Source of the DNA: Candidatus Latescibacterota bacterium
GTDB lineage: Bacteria > Latescibacterota > UBA2968 > GCA-2709665
Length of the DNA stretch: 64,000 bases
Direction: 5' to 3'
Assembly (NCBI GenBank): GCA_963667175.2
Contig: CAXXXF010000016.1
Coordinates: forward strand, 224,001 to 288,000
Both the position numbers and the translations under genes were made by a program. The notes beneath the pieces are model-generated. The model made no database searches, had not been told where the DNA came from, and was given only the letters and a program-made list of their open reading frames with translations. Within the stretch, counting starts at the first letter, position 1. Every line of letters begins with the position of its first letter. Of the stretch, positions 28,974 through 38,960 are shown in pieces.

Positions 28974-29150
28974 TCAACGGGCTGGCGGCGGCTGCTCGAC
29001 GTCGAGCAGGGATCCGTTTGAAGCGCCGCGTTGCCCGCCGCAGGAGGAACAGCCGCCTGATCCTGCCAGGAAAGGACTTACAAATTTCCACGTCGCCCAG
29101 AAAGCGCAGGCGATCGCAACACCCGCCGCCACCAACGACTGCCAGTCCAT
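28974..29150 (-). CDS. FeoB-associated Cys-rich small membrane protein
   Basis: 58 aa MDWQSLVAAGVAIACAFW...GGCSSCGG starting 5 bp after the feoB stop. Confidence 0.8.
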   Translation of the reverse strand: MDWQSLVAAGVAIACAFWATWKFVSPFLAGSGGCSSCGGQRGASNGSLLDVEQPPPAR

Positions 29151-29155
29151 ATTAT

Positions 29156-31387
29156 CTACCCCCATCCCAGGGCCATTGTGCCCTGATAGGCCGCAAACGC
29201 GCCGATATAGGCCAATATCGTCATATAGGCGAACGTCATCGTCGTCCATCCCCAGGACTGCGTCTCCCGGCGGATGACGGCCAGCGTCGACGCGCACTGC
29301 GCACAAAGCGCGAAAAACACCATCACAGACAGCGCGACTGGGATATTGAACACGCGGCGTCCATCCTCCCACGTCGCATTGCGAAGCGCGCTGCGCAGGT
29401 CTTCGGAGGATTCGTCCGCGTCGCCGCTCAAACTGTAGATGGTACCAAGCGTGGCGACAATGACCTCCCGCGCAGGGAAGGAAGCGAGCGTGGCCATCCC
29501 GATGCGCCAATCCCAGCCCAGGGGCCTGACCGCAGGTTCTATCCAGTGGCCGGCCCGGCCCAGATAACTCTCATTCAGGAGGTCAGCGGCCATGCGTGCG
29601 TCCAGGTCCGAGAGTGTTTGCTGCAGCCGCTCACCCGATAGCGTTGCCGTTGCCGTCTGCCGGCGGCGTTCGTACTCTGCAACCGTATCCGCCGATCTGG
29701 GGAAATATGCCAGCGCCCACATCACAATGGTCGCAGCCAGAATGATACTGCCCGCCCGCACCAGGAACGCTCTCGAACTGTGATAGACCCGGAGGCCTAC
29801 CGTCCGTTTGTCCGGCACTTTGTAAGAAGGGAATTCCAAAATAAAAGGCGGCGTCTCGCCTCTCAACAACGTCTTCTTCAGAATCCAGGCGACGGGTACT
29901 GCCGCTACCACACCCACGCAATACATCGCAAAGAGGGTCAACCCCTGCAGACCGACCCATTCTCCCATGATCGCCTTCGCCGGGATAAATGCGCCGATGA
30001 GGATGGTGTAAACCGGTAGCCGGGCCGAACAACTCATCAGCGGCGCCACCAGGATGGTTAGCAGACGGTTCCGACGATCTTCGATGGACCGGGTTGCCAT
30101 AATGCCAGGTACAGCACACGCAAAACTGGACAACATCGGAATGAAGGACTGACCCGAGAGCCCGCACTTTGTCAGGAGTCTGTCCATTAACAGGGCCGCG
30201 CGGGCCATATAGCCGCAATCTTCCAGAATGGCAATGAAGAAAAACAGAATGGCGATCTGCGGCAGAAAAATGACGACACCGCCCACGCCCGCGATGACGC
30301 CGTCCTGAATAAGGCTCTTCAGCGCCCCTTCCGGAAACCACGCGCCGACCCATCCGGACAACCAGGCAAACAGACCGTCAACCGAGTCCATCAACGGACC
30401 GGACCAGGCGTAGATGGCCTGAAATACGACGCCCATGACGGCGACGAACAGGAGCGTCCCCAACAGCCTGTGAGTCAGCACGCGGTCGATGCGGTCCGAG
30501 GGCGTCCTTTGAAGGTACCGGGGTTTCGATTCGCTTTGAGCAAGCACGCGCTTGATCCAGTTATAGCGAACCTCCGACTCCAGGGCGGATAACCCTGAAT
30601 CGGTCGAAAACCGGCCCCGGGCTTCAGCGAGCTTTCCCCGGACCCCGTCACCGTGCGCTTCGATCAGCCGGCGCTCCGCGTAACCGCCTTCGTCGACGAT
30701 CGCCCGGAACGCCTCCGCGCGACAGGAGGACACACTCTGTCCATTGTATGATTGCAGGACCTCCGCGAGACTGTCGACCGCCGCGGGGAATCCCTCCGGA
30801 AACCCCGCGAGAAGCGGTGAAGCCCCGGTACGTCCGTTGTACAGCGCCTGTACCAGTTCGCGGCGCAGGTCGCCCAGCCCCCGGCTGCGGTTTGCGCAAA
30901 CCCCGACCACTGGTACTCCCAGGCGCCGCGAGAGTCCGTCGACGTCTATTCGTATGCCCCGGGCATCCGCCACGTCCATCATATTCAGCGCGACAAGCGT
31001 GGGCAGGCCGAGTTCGAGCACCTGTGAGACCAGGTAAAGATTCCGATAGAGATTGGATGCGTCTACAATGGCCAGAACCGCGTCTACCTTACGTTCGCCG
31101 GGCAGGCGTCCGAGCAGTACGTCGGCGACGATCATCTCATCGGGGGCGTGAGCGGCCAGGCTGTAGGTCCCCGGCAGGTCGACGAGATCCACGGTTCTGT
31201 CATCGGACAGCCTGAGCCGCCCGACCTTACGCTCGACCGTTACGCCGGGATAGTTTCCCACATGTTGAAAAAGTCCGGTAAGACCGTTGAAAAGCGTGGT
31301 CTTACCGGTATTGGGATTGCCCACGAGCGCGATGGTATGGCGTTGATCGGTCCCGGTGTGCAGTCCGCCGGACAACTCCGTAGGCAT
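29156..31387 (-). CDS. feoB: ferrous iron transport protein B
   Basis: [55 protein letters not shown]. Confidence 0.97.
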   Translation of the reverse strand: MPTELSGGLHTGTDQRHTIALVGNPNTGKTTLFNGLTGLFQHVGNYPGVTVERKVGRLRLSDDRTVDLVDLPGTYSLAAHAPDEMIVADVLLGRLPGERKVDAVLAIVDASNLYRNLYLVSQVLELGLPTLVALNMMDVADARGIRIDVDGLSRRLGVPVVGVCANRSRGLGDLRRELVQALYNGRTGASPLLAGFPEGFPAAVDSLAEVLQSYNGQSVSSCRAEAFRAIVDEGGYAERRLIEAHGDGVRGKLAEARGRFSTDSGLSALESEVRYNWIKRVLAQSESKPRYLQRTPSDRIDRVLTHRLLGTLLFVAVMGVVFQAIYAWSGPLMDSVDGLFAWLSGWVGAWFPEGALKSLIQDGVIAGVGGVVIFLPQIAILFFFIAILEDCGYMARAALLMDRLLTKCGLSGQSFIPMLSSFACAVPGIMATRSIEDRRNRLLTILVAPLMSCSARLPVYTILIGAFIPAKAIMGEWVGLQGLTLFAMYCVGVVAAVPVAWILKKTLLRGETPPFILEFPSYKVPDKRTVGLRVYHSSRAFLVRAGSIILAATIVMWALAYFPRSADTVAEYERRRQTATATLSGERLQQTLSDLDARMAADLLNESYLGRAGHWIEPAVRPLGWDWRIGMATLASFPAREVIVATLGTIYSLSGDADESSEDLRSALRNATWEDGRRVFNIPVALSVMVFFALCAQCASTLAVIRRETQSWGWTTMTFAYMTILAYIGAFAAYQGTMALGWG

Positions 31388-31397
31388 GCGTTAAACC

Positions 31398-31700
31398 TCA
31401 TGAGATCGGACTGAGCCTCACGGCGGCCGCATCGTGCATTCGCAAACAGAACCTGGCGTCTTCCACTTGCACCACTAAGCGGCCGCCGGCACGAAGCTTG
31501 CGAACGCGTACTCCCGGGCAAACACCCAGTTCGCGCAACCGGGAAGCCAGGGGTGAATCCCCGACAACCGATTCGACCGTGCCTTCGTCGCCCACGTCCA
31601 GTCCGGCAAGCGAACCCCGGAACATCCGATTCGACCCGTTCTTCCGATCGGGCCGGGGCCGGGCGCGGCGAGCAACCAGTTGCATCAGGCGCGCCATCAT
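31398..31700 (-). CDS. feoA: FeoA family protein
   Basis: RLRELGVCPGVRV, directly upstream of feoB; start at 31700 or 31625. Confidence 0.85.
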   Translation of the reverse strand: MMARLMQLVARRARPRPDRKNGSNRMFRGSLAGLDVGDEGTVESVVGDSPLASRLRELGVCPGVRVRKLRAGGRLVVQVEDARFCLRMHDAAAVRLSPIS

Positions 31701-31731
31701 TGCGCCATCCTTTTCTTGTCGGGTCGTTGGA

Positions 31732-32262
31732 TCAACTCTCGGAACCGATTCTGAGCAGACACTCGTCCTCGCAGATCGGGCAATCGTCCTGGTCGTGGCA
31801 AAAATCGCCTGTCTGCCAGAACGCGTTCAGAAACTCCCGCGCTTCAGGCGTTTCCGCGAGCAGGAATCTCACGAAATTCAGCAATTTTTCGCTGGTTTCC
31901 TCGCTCAACAGGTGTTCCACCTTGCACGCGTCCACTTCCGACTGATGGCTTTCGACCTGCAGCACGTCCTTCAGAAACTTGCGAACGATGGCGCGCTTGG
32001 CAAGTACCAGGTCGACCAGGCGCTCCCCCCGTTCGGAAAGCCGCAGGAATTTGTTCTCGTCTTCCTGTACGAACCCCTTCTGTCGGAGCGCTTTCAACGT
32101 AAGCGAAGCGCTGCCCCTCGTAATATCCAGATATCTTGCAACGTCCGACACACGCGCGTACCCATACCGGTCTTTCAGCTCTCTGATGGCGGCAAGGTGA
32201 TGAGCGACACTGTGCGTGATCTCATTCTCCTCGAACGCTTTCCATACATCGGAAGATGCCAT
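31732..32262 (-). CDS. DtxR/MntR family regulator with C-terminal Cys cluster
   Basis: ITHSVAHHL, GYARVSDVA, DACKVEHLLS; C-terminal CHDQDDCPICEDEC. Confidence 0.88.
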   Translation of the reverse strand: MASSDVWKAFEENEITHSVAHHLAAIRELKDRYGYARVSDVARYLDITRGSASLTLKALRQKGFVQEDENKFLRLSERGERLVDLVLAKRAIVRKFLKDVLQVESHQSEVDACKVEHLLSEETSEKLLNFVRFLLAETPEAREFLNAFWQTGDFCHDQDDCPICEDECLLRIGSES

Positions 32263-32302
32263 CCGGCCCCCTCTCCGCCGCCAGGCGCCTGAACCAGCCA
32301 GT

Positions 32303-32359
32303 TGTTTTGCAGATAAAACACTCGTTATAAATTTATACAACAGGAAGATCGAAAGTCAA
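32303..32359 (-). promoter_or_regulatory. promoter/operator region of the regulator-feoAB operon
   Basis: Minus strand TTGACT-16-TATAAA; palindromes TATAAATTTATA (32326-32337) and TGTTTT-N6-AAAACA (32303-32320). Confidence 0.55.
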
Positions 32360-32398
32360 GAGAAATTTAGCGGGATTCCAGGGTTGGTGGCGACACGC

Positions 32399-32427
32399 TT
32401 GACTTTTCCATCCCGTTTTCGTATACC
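32399..32427 (+). promoter_or_regulatory. sigma70 promoter for the UxaA-family gene
   Basis: TTGACT-17-TATACC. Confidence 0.5.
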
Positions 32428-32482
32428 TCACGGACCGGGCGGGCGGCCTTCGCCCCCAGAATTTTCCTCGTGGAGCCCGTAT

Positions 32483-35185
32483 ATGACGGAAATTATTGAT
32501 TTCAAAGATGTTGCGAGACTACCACAGCCTGGCGACAACGTCGCCATCGCGACGCGGTTTCTGCACGCGGGCACCGGTATCCGCACCCGAGGTCCGATAC
32601 TTCGGCTGGATTCCGATATGCTGGAGGGCCACCGCTTCGCCGTCGCCCCCATTTCCGAGGGAGAATTCCTTCTTTCCTGGAATCTTCCCTTTGGCGTCGC
32701 GCTGCGGGACATTTCGCCGGGCGCCTGTGTCTGTAACGCCGGGATGCTGGAATCACTCCGGCTCCGCAACCTTGAACGTCATCTGCCGGCCGTACCCAAT
32801 TTCGAAGACCGCATCGAACCCTACCTTCTTGAGGAGGATGCATTCCACGCCGGCGACCAGGTTCCGCCGGCCGGCGACCTCCGCGCCTTCGAGGGGTACG
32901 CCAGAGGCGCCTCGCGCGGCGTGGGCACCCGAAACTACATCCTGATCATGGGTACGACCTCGCGCACCGGGGCTTTCGTAAAACGGCTCGAAGAACGACT
33001 TGGCGGGCTGGCCGATGCCTTTCCCAACGTCGACGGGATTGTCGCCGTTTCGCACACCGAAGGAGGCGGACGGACCACCCCGAACAATCTGGAGCTTCTG
33101 TTGAGAACGCTTGCGGGTTTTTTGGTTCACCCGAACATCGGCGCCGCCCTGGCCGTGGACTACGGAACGGAGCCGCTCACCAATGCCATGCTCCGCGCCT
33201 ACATGGACAGGAACCATGTTCCTCTGTCCGACGTCCCCCACGGCTTTCTTACCCTGCGCGGCGGCTTTGAAGAGAATCTGGATCGGGCCCGGGACGTCGT
33301 CACGGGATGGCTGGAAGGAGTGAACCGGACGATCCGGAGGCCGACGCGCCTGGCGGGCCTGAAAATCGCGCTTCAATGCGGCGGCTCCGACGCCTTCTCC
33401 GGAGTTTCGGGAAATCCGCTGGCATCGTGGGTGGCCCGTGAGATCATCCGGCACGGCGGCGCCGCAAACCTGGCGGAAACGGATGAACTGATCGGCGCTG
33501 AGCACTATATGCTGCAGAACGTCAGGGACCTGGACACCGCCCGCCGGTTCCTCGGCCGGGTCGAAGCCTATAAGGAGTTCGCGGCCTGTCACGGCACGAG
33601 CGCCGAAGGCAACCCCTCCGGCGGCAACAAGCTCCGCGGTATCCACAACATCGTGCTGAAGTCTATCGGCGCCGCCATGAAGCGCCACCCGGAGGTTCGC
33701 CTCGACGGCGTTCTGGACTACGGCGCGCCCATGCGCGAGCCCGGGTTTTACTTCATGGACAGCCCGGGAAACGACCTCGAAAGCATCGCCGGGCAGGTCG
33801 CATCGGGATGCAACCTCATCTTTTTCATTACCGGAAACGGCTCGATCACCAATTTTCCGTTCGTCCCCACCCTGAAAATCATTACAACCACAGGCCGCTA
33901 CGAGCTCCTCGCAAATGAAATGGACGTCAACGCGGGCGCCTATCTGGACGGGACCCCCATGAACGCACTGGGGGCGCAGATGACGGAACTTACGCTTGAC
34001 GTCGCCTCGGGCGAGCGGAGCAAAGGGGAACGGGCCGGCCACGCCCAGGTATCCATCTGGCGTAACTGGCGACAGACCGACGCCGCAGGCCTCGAGCTTC
34101 TGCGGTCGGCCCCGCGGCCGTCCGGGAAACCCGTTACGATCGACGGAGAACACGCCGCGCTGTCCGGCTCATTTTGCGGCATCGCCACGGCCGCGGGGAC
34201 CGCCACGGATCAGATCGGACTGATCCTGCCGACCAGCCTTTGCGCGGGACAGGTCGCCAGGATGGCCGCAGCGCGGCTCGACCGGAAGCGGACGGGGAAA
34301 GACCGCGGCATCAGCAGGCACGTCGCGCTCGTTCACACGGAAGGCTGCGGCGTCGCGGGCGACGCGACCGAGAGGATGGTTTCGCGCACAATGCTCGGCT
34401 ACCTCACCCACCCGCTGGTAAGACACGCGCTCCTGCTGGAGCACGGCTGCGAGAAAACCCATAACGACTATCTTCGACGCGAGCTTGAACGCGCCGGCAT
34501 CGATCCCAACCGTTTTGGCTGGTCCAGCATCCAGCTCGACGGCGGACTCGAGCGTGCGTTGCGCAACGTGGAATCCTGGTTCGCGCAACAGGCGGCCGGC
34601 GGCTGCCCGCCGGTCTATGAACGATCCGGCCCGGAGGCACTGTCGGTCGGCGTCCTGAGCGACGGCGAGGTCAACGAAGAAGCCGCGGCGTCGATGGCAA
34701 TCCTGGTGTGTCGTCTGGCGCGGGCCGGCGCAACCGTCGTGACGCCGGACAACTCGGCGCTGCTCGACGCCGCCCCCTTTGCCGATATGATTCCGGGCAA
34801 CGCAACACGGCGCCCGTCGCTCGGATACGGACAAACCGCCGTCGGACCGGGTTTTTTCATCATGGAGACCCAAACGGACCACTGGGTCGAGACGCTTACG
34901 GGGATGGGCGGAACGGGCGTGGAAATCCTGATCGCGCACGTCTCCGAACACCCGGTGCAGGGGCACCCGATGATGCCGTTGCTTCAAACGAGCGCGGCGC
35001 CGACGATGCAGGCGCTTTACGCTGGTGATCTGGACCTGCTGCTGTCCGCCGCCCCCGCGCAGAACGTCGAACGGATCGCCGGTCTGTTGATGGAAACCGC
35101 TTCTCGGAGCTACACTCCGGTGGCGATGCGACAGAGGAATACGGACTTTCAGTTTACAAGAGGGCTGCTCGGCGTTTCGATGTGA
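32483..35185 (+). CDS. UxaA/GarD family dehydratase with duplicated catalytic module
   Basis: SAF domain (DNVAIA, GHRFA), [35 protein letters not shown]; second module HTEGCG...LEHGCEK. Confidence 0.88.
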   Translation: MTEIIDFKDVARLPQPGDNVAIATRFLHAGTGIRTRGPILRLDSDMLEGHRFAVAPISEGEFLLSWNLPFGVALRDISPGACVCNAGMLESLRLRNLERHLPAVPNFEDRIEPYLLEEDAFHAGDQVPPAGDLRAFEGYARGASRGVGTRNYILIMGTTSRTGAFVKRLEERLGGLADAFPNVDGIVAVSHTEGGGRTTPNNLELLLRTLAGFLVHPNIGAALAVDYGTEPLTNAMLRAYMDRNHVPLSDVPHGFLTLRGGFEENLDRARDVVTGWLEGVNRTIRRPTRLAGLKIALQCGGSDAFSGVSGNPLASWVAREIIRHGGAANLAETDELIGAEHYMLQNVRDLDTARRFLGRVEAYKEFAACHGTSAEGNPSGGNKLRGIHNIVLKSIGAAMKRHPEVRLDGVLDYGAPMREPGFYFMDSPGNDLESIAGQVASGCNLIFFITGNGSITNFPFVPTLKIITTTGRYELLANEMDVNAGAYLDGTPMNALGAQMTELTLDVASGERSKGERAGHAQVSIWRNWRQTDAAGLELLRSAPRPSGKPVTIDGEHAALSGSFCGIATAAGTATDQIGLILPTSLCAGQVARMAAARLDRKRTGKDRGISRHVALVHTEGCGVAGDATERMVSRTMLGYLTHPLVRHALLLEHGCEKTHNDYLRRELERAGIDPNRFGWSSIQLDGGLERALRNVESWFAQQAAGGCPPVYERSGPEALSVGVLSDGEVNEEAAASMAILVCRLARAGATVVTPDNSALLDAAPFADMIPGNATRRPSLGYGQTAVGPGFFIMETQTDHWVETLTGMGGTGVEILIAHVSEHPVQGHPMMPLLQTSAAPTMQALYAGDLDLLLSAAPAQNVERIAGLLMETASRSYTPVAMRQRNTDFQFTRGLLGVSM

Positions 35186-35191
35186 CAAAAG

Positions 35192-35230
35192 AAAAAACGG
35201 GCGTCGTGATGTACAGCGGAACGCCCGTTT
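35192..35230. terminator. probable terminator between convergent genes
   Basis: AAAAAACGGGCGT...ACGCCCGTTT. Confidence 0.55.
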
Positions 35231-35259
35231 CGCCGGTGATCGTGCTGCAATGCGGTGCT

Positions 35260-35550
35260 CTATTCGCCCGATGCAATCCAGTCCTGAATCGCCGACGCGA
35301 TCTTTTTGCCCTGCCTCAGGCTCGAAATATTGAACTTGCTGCGAGGCAGATACACCCCGTCTCTCTTCTGGTACCGTCGAATCGTCACTTTCGCGGGCCC
35401 GTATTCACCGGATTGCCGGTTCAGATTCCGGTAAAGGAACATCACCGTCGCCCAGGCGCCCCGCGAAAGCACGTGTTTGTCCAATTCCTTACAGAGCAGC
35501 ACACCGCCTTCTTCGTAGTTGACGCTCAATTCGTCCACCGATTCCGCCAT
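35260..35550 (-). CDS. conserved small hypothetical protein (possible PC4/PUR-like fold)
   Basis: 96 aa, RBS AAAGGAGG; KELDKHVLSRGAWATVMFLY...IRRYQKR...SKFNISS. Confidence 0.75.
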   Translation of the reverse strand: MAESVDELSVNYEEGGVLLCKELDKHVLSRGAWATVMFLYRNLNRQSGEYGPAKVTIRRYQKRDGVYLPRSKFNISSLRQGKKIASAIQDWIASGE

Positions 35551-35675
35551 CGACTCGCCTCCTTTCGGACCGACCCGAATCAGCGATCGGCCTGTTGCCC
35601 TTTCCACCGTCATTTCACGCCGATGCAGGGGTTGTGCGGGCTGTTAGCGTCTGTTTCATTCGGAGGACCGCACCG

Positions 35676-36539
35676 ATGAGACTCGGCATCGTAGGCATGT
35701 TGCCGGGCGACCCCCGGTGTTTTACTGAGAAACACTTCGAGAAGATCAGGGAACTGGGTTTTACGGGCGCCGGATTTCACCTGCCGGGTGAGCTGGTGGA
35801 CGCAATCTCCGCCAAAGACTGCGCCAGCTGCAGGCAACTGTTCGCTGACCAGGATATCGATCTCGCGCAATTCGCCGTCACCTATCGCGACTGTCTGTTC
35901 GACCCGGATCCGGTCGTCCGGGGGGAAGCCGTCTTGAAGGTGGTCCGCGGGGCCGCGCTCGCCGGGCGACTCGGCGCTTTGTGCTACCTGATCAGGCCGG
36001 GCAGCCGCAACCCCGCCGGCCCGTGGACGCCTCATCGCGAAAACCACACGCCTGAAGCGTACGGGTTGCTTGTCGGCGCCCTGAGGGAGATTGCCCGGCG
36101 CACGGCAACGCTGAACGTCGTGACGGTTGTGGAAACCCACGTCATATCGATACTCAACACCCCGGCCGTCTGCCGCCGGCTAGTGGAATCGGTGGGCAGC
36201 GCGAACGTCAGGCTGGTCATGGACTATGTCAATCACTTCGAATCCATCCACCAGGTCCATAACGATACGGAACGCCTGAACCACATTTTCGAGGCCATCG
36301 GCCCGCTGGCGCCGGTCTTCCATGTCAAGGATATTTCCGTGGCCAACCGTCTCGTTGTACACCTGGACGAAGCCGTACCAGGCCTTGGCGAACTGAACCT
36401 TGCGCTCGCGCTGGGGCTGTTTCATGCCCACCATCCGGACGGTTACGCGCTCATCGAACACCTCGGTCCCGACCAGATACCACTCGCCGCCGCGAACGTC
36501 CGGAATATCGCGAAGCGCGCGGGCATTCCCATTTTCTGA
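35676..36539 (+). CDS. sugar phosphate isomerase/epimerase (xylose isomerase-like TIM barrel)
   Basis: VETH, MDYVN, FHVKD, LIEH metal ligands; RBS GGAGG. Confidence 0.85.
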   Translation: MRLGIVGMLPGDPRCFTEKHFEKIRELGFTGAGFHLPGELVDAISAKDCASCRQLFADQDIDLAQFAVTYRDCLFDPDPVVRGEAVLKVVRGAALAGRLGALCYLIRPGSRNPAGPWTPHRENHTPEAYGLLVGALREIARRTATLNVVTVVETHVISILNTPAVCRRLVESVGSANVRLVMDYVNHFESIHQVHNDTERLNHIFEAIGPLAPVFHVKDISVANRLVVHLDEAVPGLGELNLALALGLFHAHHPDGYALIEHLGPDQIPLAAANVRNIAKRAGIPIF

Positions 36540-36578
36540 TACAGGGCAACGGCACAATTCGATGCCGCCGAACCGGCA

Positions 36579-36791
36579 TTAATCCTTCCCCCGGAACTTC
36601 AGCCGCCGTATGCAGGCGCCGACGGCGAGTCCGAGACTCGCGCCGATCGATACGCCGGCGCTCAGCCACAGACCGAAGTCTCCGCTGCCCACGCCGAACA
36701 TGGAACCGGCGCCAGCGCCGACGCCGGACCCGATCGCCATCCATTTTCCAATCTCGCGTTGTCCGTTTCCGCCTTCCTGCCGTCCGGACAT
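36579..36791 (-). CDS. small glycine-rich membrane protein
   Basis: 70 aa with two GxxxG-rich hydrophobic helices; GAAGGA upstream. Confidence 0.5.
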   Translation of the reverse strand: MSGRQEGGNGQREIGKWMAIGSGVGAGAGSMFGVGSGDFGLWLSAGVSIGASLGLAVGACIRRLKFRGKD

Positions 36792-37048
36792 GGCGAATCC
36801 TTCCGTGTAAATGGGTCACGCTTCGACCCGCCCAATATACCGGCCCATGCCGATATGGACAAGCTGAAACCTCGACCTGGAACGGATCGACAATAGCCTT
36901 GACAATGCGACAGTTCAGGCAGTAGATATGGAAGCGGAGACTGGATTCCGCGGCCGGCGGAACGTCGTTTTCCGGCCGTCCACCGGCGGAAGCACACGCC
37001 GCGCGTCAGTATTCTCTCACGGAAAAAGCCGGATGAAAGGAGATCCGA

Positions 37049-37906
37049 ATGCAACCGGAGTTGATCGCGGACTACCGTTGCGAGACGGGAGAAGGACCGC
37101 TGTGGCATCCCGCGGAAAAAAGGGTCTATTGGACCGACATTCCCGCGGGTCGCGTCTTTCGTTACGACCCGGCCACCGGAACGCACGAAATCTGTTACAC
37201 GGGCGACGTCGTGGGTGGCTTTACGGTCCAGGCCGACGGGTCCCTGCTCTTCTTCATGGAAAAAGGCGCGGTGAGTGTCTGGCGTGACGGCGAACTCTCC
37301 ACGGTCATCGACGAAATTCCCGAGGAGCGTGAGACCCGGTTCAATGACGTGATCGCGGATCCCGAGGGCCGGGTTTTCTGCGGGACGATGCCCACGCCGG
37401 AGCGGCCGGGAAGGCTTTACCGGCTGGACGTGGACGGTACGCTTCACCGGGTGCTCAATGAGGTCGGAATTTCCAACGGAATGGGCTTCACGGCGGACCG
37501 CAGGACCATGTATTTCACGGACACGCCCACACTGAACATCTACCGGTTCGACTACGATCGACTCACCGGCGAGATTTCGAACCGGGAGGTGTTTGCAACG
37601 GCGACGGCAGACGACGGGATGCCGGACGGCATGACCGTGGACGCTCAGGGCTGCGTCTGGTCCGCCCGGTGGGACGGCGGCTGCCTGGTTCGCTACACGC
37701 CTGATGGCGTGGAAGACCGGCGCATCGCGTTCCCCGTCAGGAAAGTGTCGAGCCTCACCTTTGGCGGAGAGGACTGCACCGACGTCTACGTGACCACGGC
37801 GGGCGGAAACGTCAGACACGTAGACGGCGAACACGCCGGCGCCCTCTTCCGCCTGAACCTGGGCATCCGCGGCGTCCCGGAGTTCTATTCCAGGATTGGA
37901 CTGTAG
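37049..37906 (+). CDS. SMP-30/gluconolactonase/LRE family protein
   Basis: GEGPLW, RFND, SNGMGF, GMPDGMTVD, TFGG. Confidence 0.95.
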   Translation: MQPELIADYRCETGEGPLWHPAEKRVYWTDIPAGRVFRYDPATGTHEICYTGDVVGGFTVQADGSLLFFMEKGAVSVWRDGELSTVIDEIPEERETRFNDVIADPEGRVFCGTMPTPERPGRLYRLDVDGTLHRVLNEVGISNGMGFTADRRTMYFTDTPTLNIYRFDYDRLTGEISNREVFATATADDGMPDGMTVDAQGCVWSARWDGGCLVRYTPDGVEDRRIAFPVRKVSSLTFGGEDCTDVYVTTAGGNVRHVDGEHAGALFRLNLGIRGVPEFYSRIGL

Positions 37907-37957
37907 CATTTATCGATACTGCAAACAACAAACCGGCGACGCAGGAAGAATAACACA

Positions 37958-38662
37958 ATGGATAGACATACACGAACGCTTAGCCGCCCGAGGATGGAGA
38001 CGACTTTGCCTCGATTCCTCGAATCGGCCGAGAGATGGCCAAGCGTTGCGGCGAGAGAATGGGTCGAGCAGTTTGTCCGAATGGCTAATGATCGAGCCGA
38101 TATCCTGGCAATCGTCGCCTTCGGGTCAATTGTGCGCGATGTCATCCAGAGCGCCGACGTCGACTTATTGTTCATGTACGAATCGGAGAAACCCCTATTC
38201 GCAGCGCCGCCTCTCGATGTCGATATAAGGGCATACCGCAGAGCCGACGTGGAATCCCTCGTCGCTGATGGTCACGACCTTCTATGTTGGTCTATCCGAT
38301 TCGGTATGGTACTTCACGAGAAAGATCGATTCTGGTCAAACCTGGAGCTGGCATGGTCGAGACGATTACGCTTGCCGTCCGCCGTCATCGCTGAAAAACG
38401 CGCAGCGCGAGCGAGACGGCTTCTCGATGATCTCAGGGTAATCGGCGATGATGATGCTGTTCAAGAACAGTCAATTGCCATGTTGACACACCGTGCGCGC
38501 GCACTCCTGATCAGAGCCGACCTTTATCCCGCGTCCCGTCCGGAACTTCCGAAACAACTGAGGTCAATCGGAGAATTCACATTGGCAGCCGGGTTGTCGG
38601 ATGCTCTCCAGAAACGCCGAGATTTAATAGAAACTCAGGAGTCATTCTCTCCGCAACCGTGA
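37958..38662 (+). CDS. nucleotidyltransferase domain protein (MNT-like with helical C-terminus)
   Basis: AFGSIVR...SADVDLL (pol-beta GS/DxD motif); start may be 37994. Confidence 0.7.
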   Translation: MDRHTRTLSRPRMETTLPRFLESAERWPSVAAREWVEQFVRMANDRADILAIVAFGSIVRDVIQSADVDLLFMYESEKPLFAAPPLDVDIRAYRRADVESLVADGHDLLCWSIRFGMVLHEKDRFWSNLELAWSRRLRLPSAVIAEKRAARARRLLDDLRVIGDDDAVQEQSIAMLTHRARALLIRADLYPASRPELPKQLRSIGEFTLAAGLSDALQKRRDLIETQESFSPQP

Positions 38663-38691
38663 TGCAGCGCAGGCATACATTCGGAGATCAC

Positions 38692-38719
38692 GTAGGGGCG
38701 ACGCATGCGTCGCCCCTAC
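38692..38719. repeat. GTAG-family REP palindrome
   Basis: Perfect 28-bp palindrome GTAGGGGCGACGCATGCGTCGCCCCTAC. Confidence 0.85.
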
Positions 38720-38960
38720 TCGTTTTCTATTCCTGTCCGCTGTGAAAGAATCTCCAGGCGATCTCTAAACGAACCCGACGCTTCGTGCGTTTAACAATAA
38801 AGACTCGGTATAAGCCGATTTTTTCGCTGTGCTGGCGTTTGTAGAGTTACTTCTGAGGATCTGACATCGTACAATATGCACGGAGACCCGAGTGGATTCT
38901 GTATTGGACATAGAATTCTCAACCTCACGGGAATTTGTCCCAAGGATACGACCATTGTAT

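Larger units (their letters stand above)
28778..28984. mobile_element. MITE-like element, copy B
   Basis: Terminal inverted repeats CAGCCCGTTGATAAA / TTTTTCAACGGGCTG (14/15); homologous to 4256-4579 in inverted orientation. Confidence 0.82.

Noticed and set aside
28192-29091. ORFs 28192-29091, 28814-29641 and 4364-4924 sharing the peptide VAxDKARDxRESLDSGRER or its antisense
   Set aside because: The shared peptide is a translation of the MITE sequence, not a protein family.
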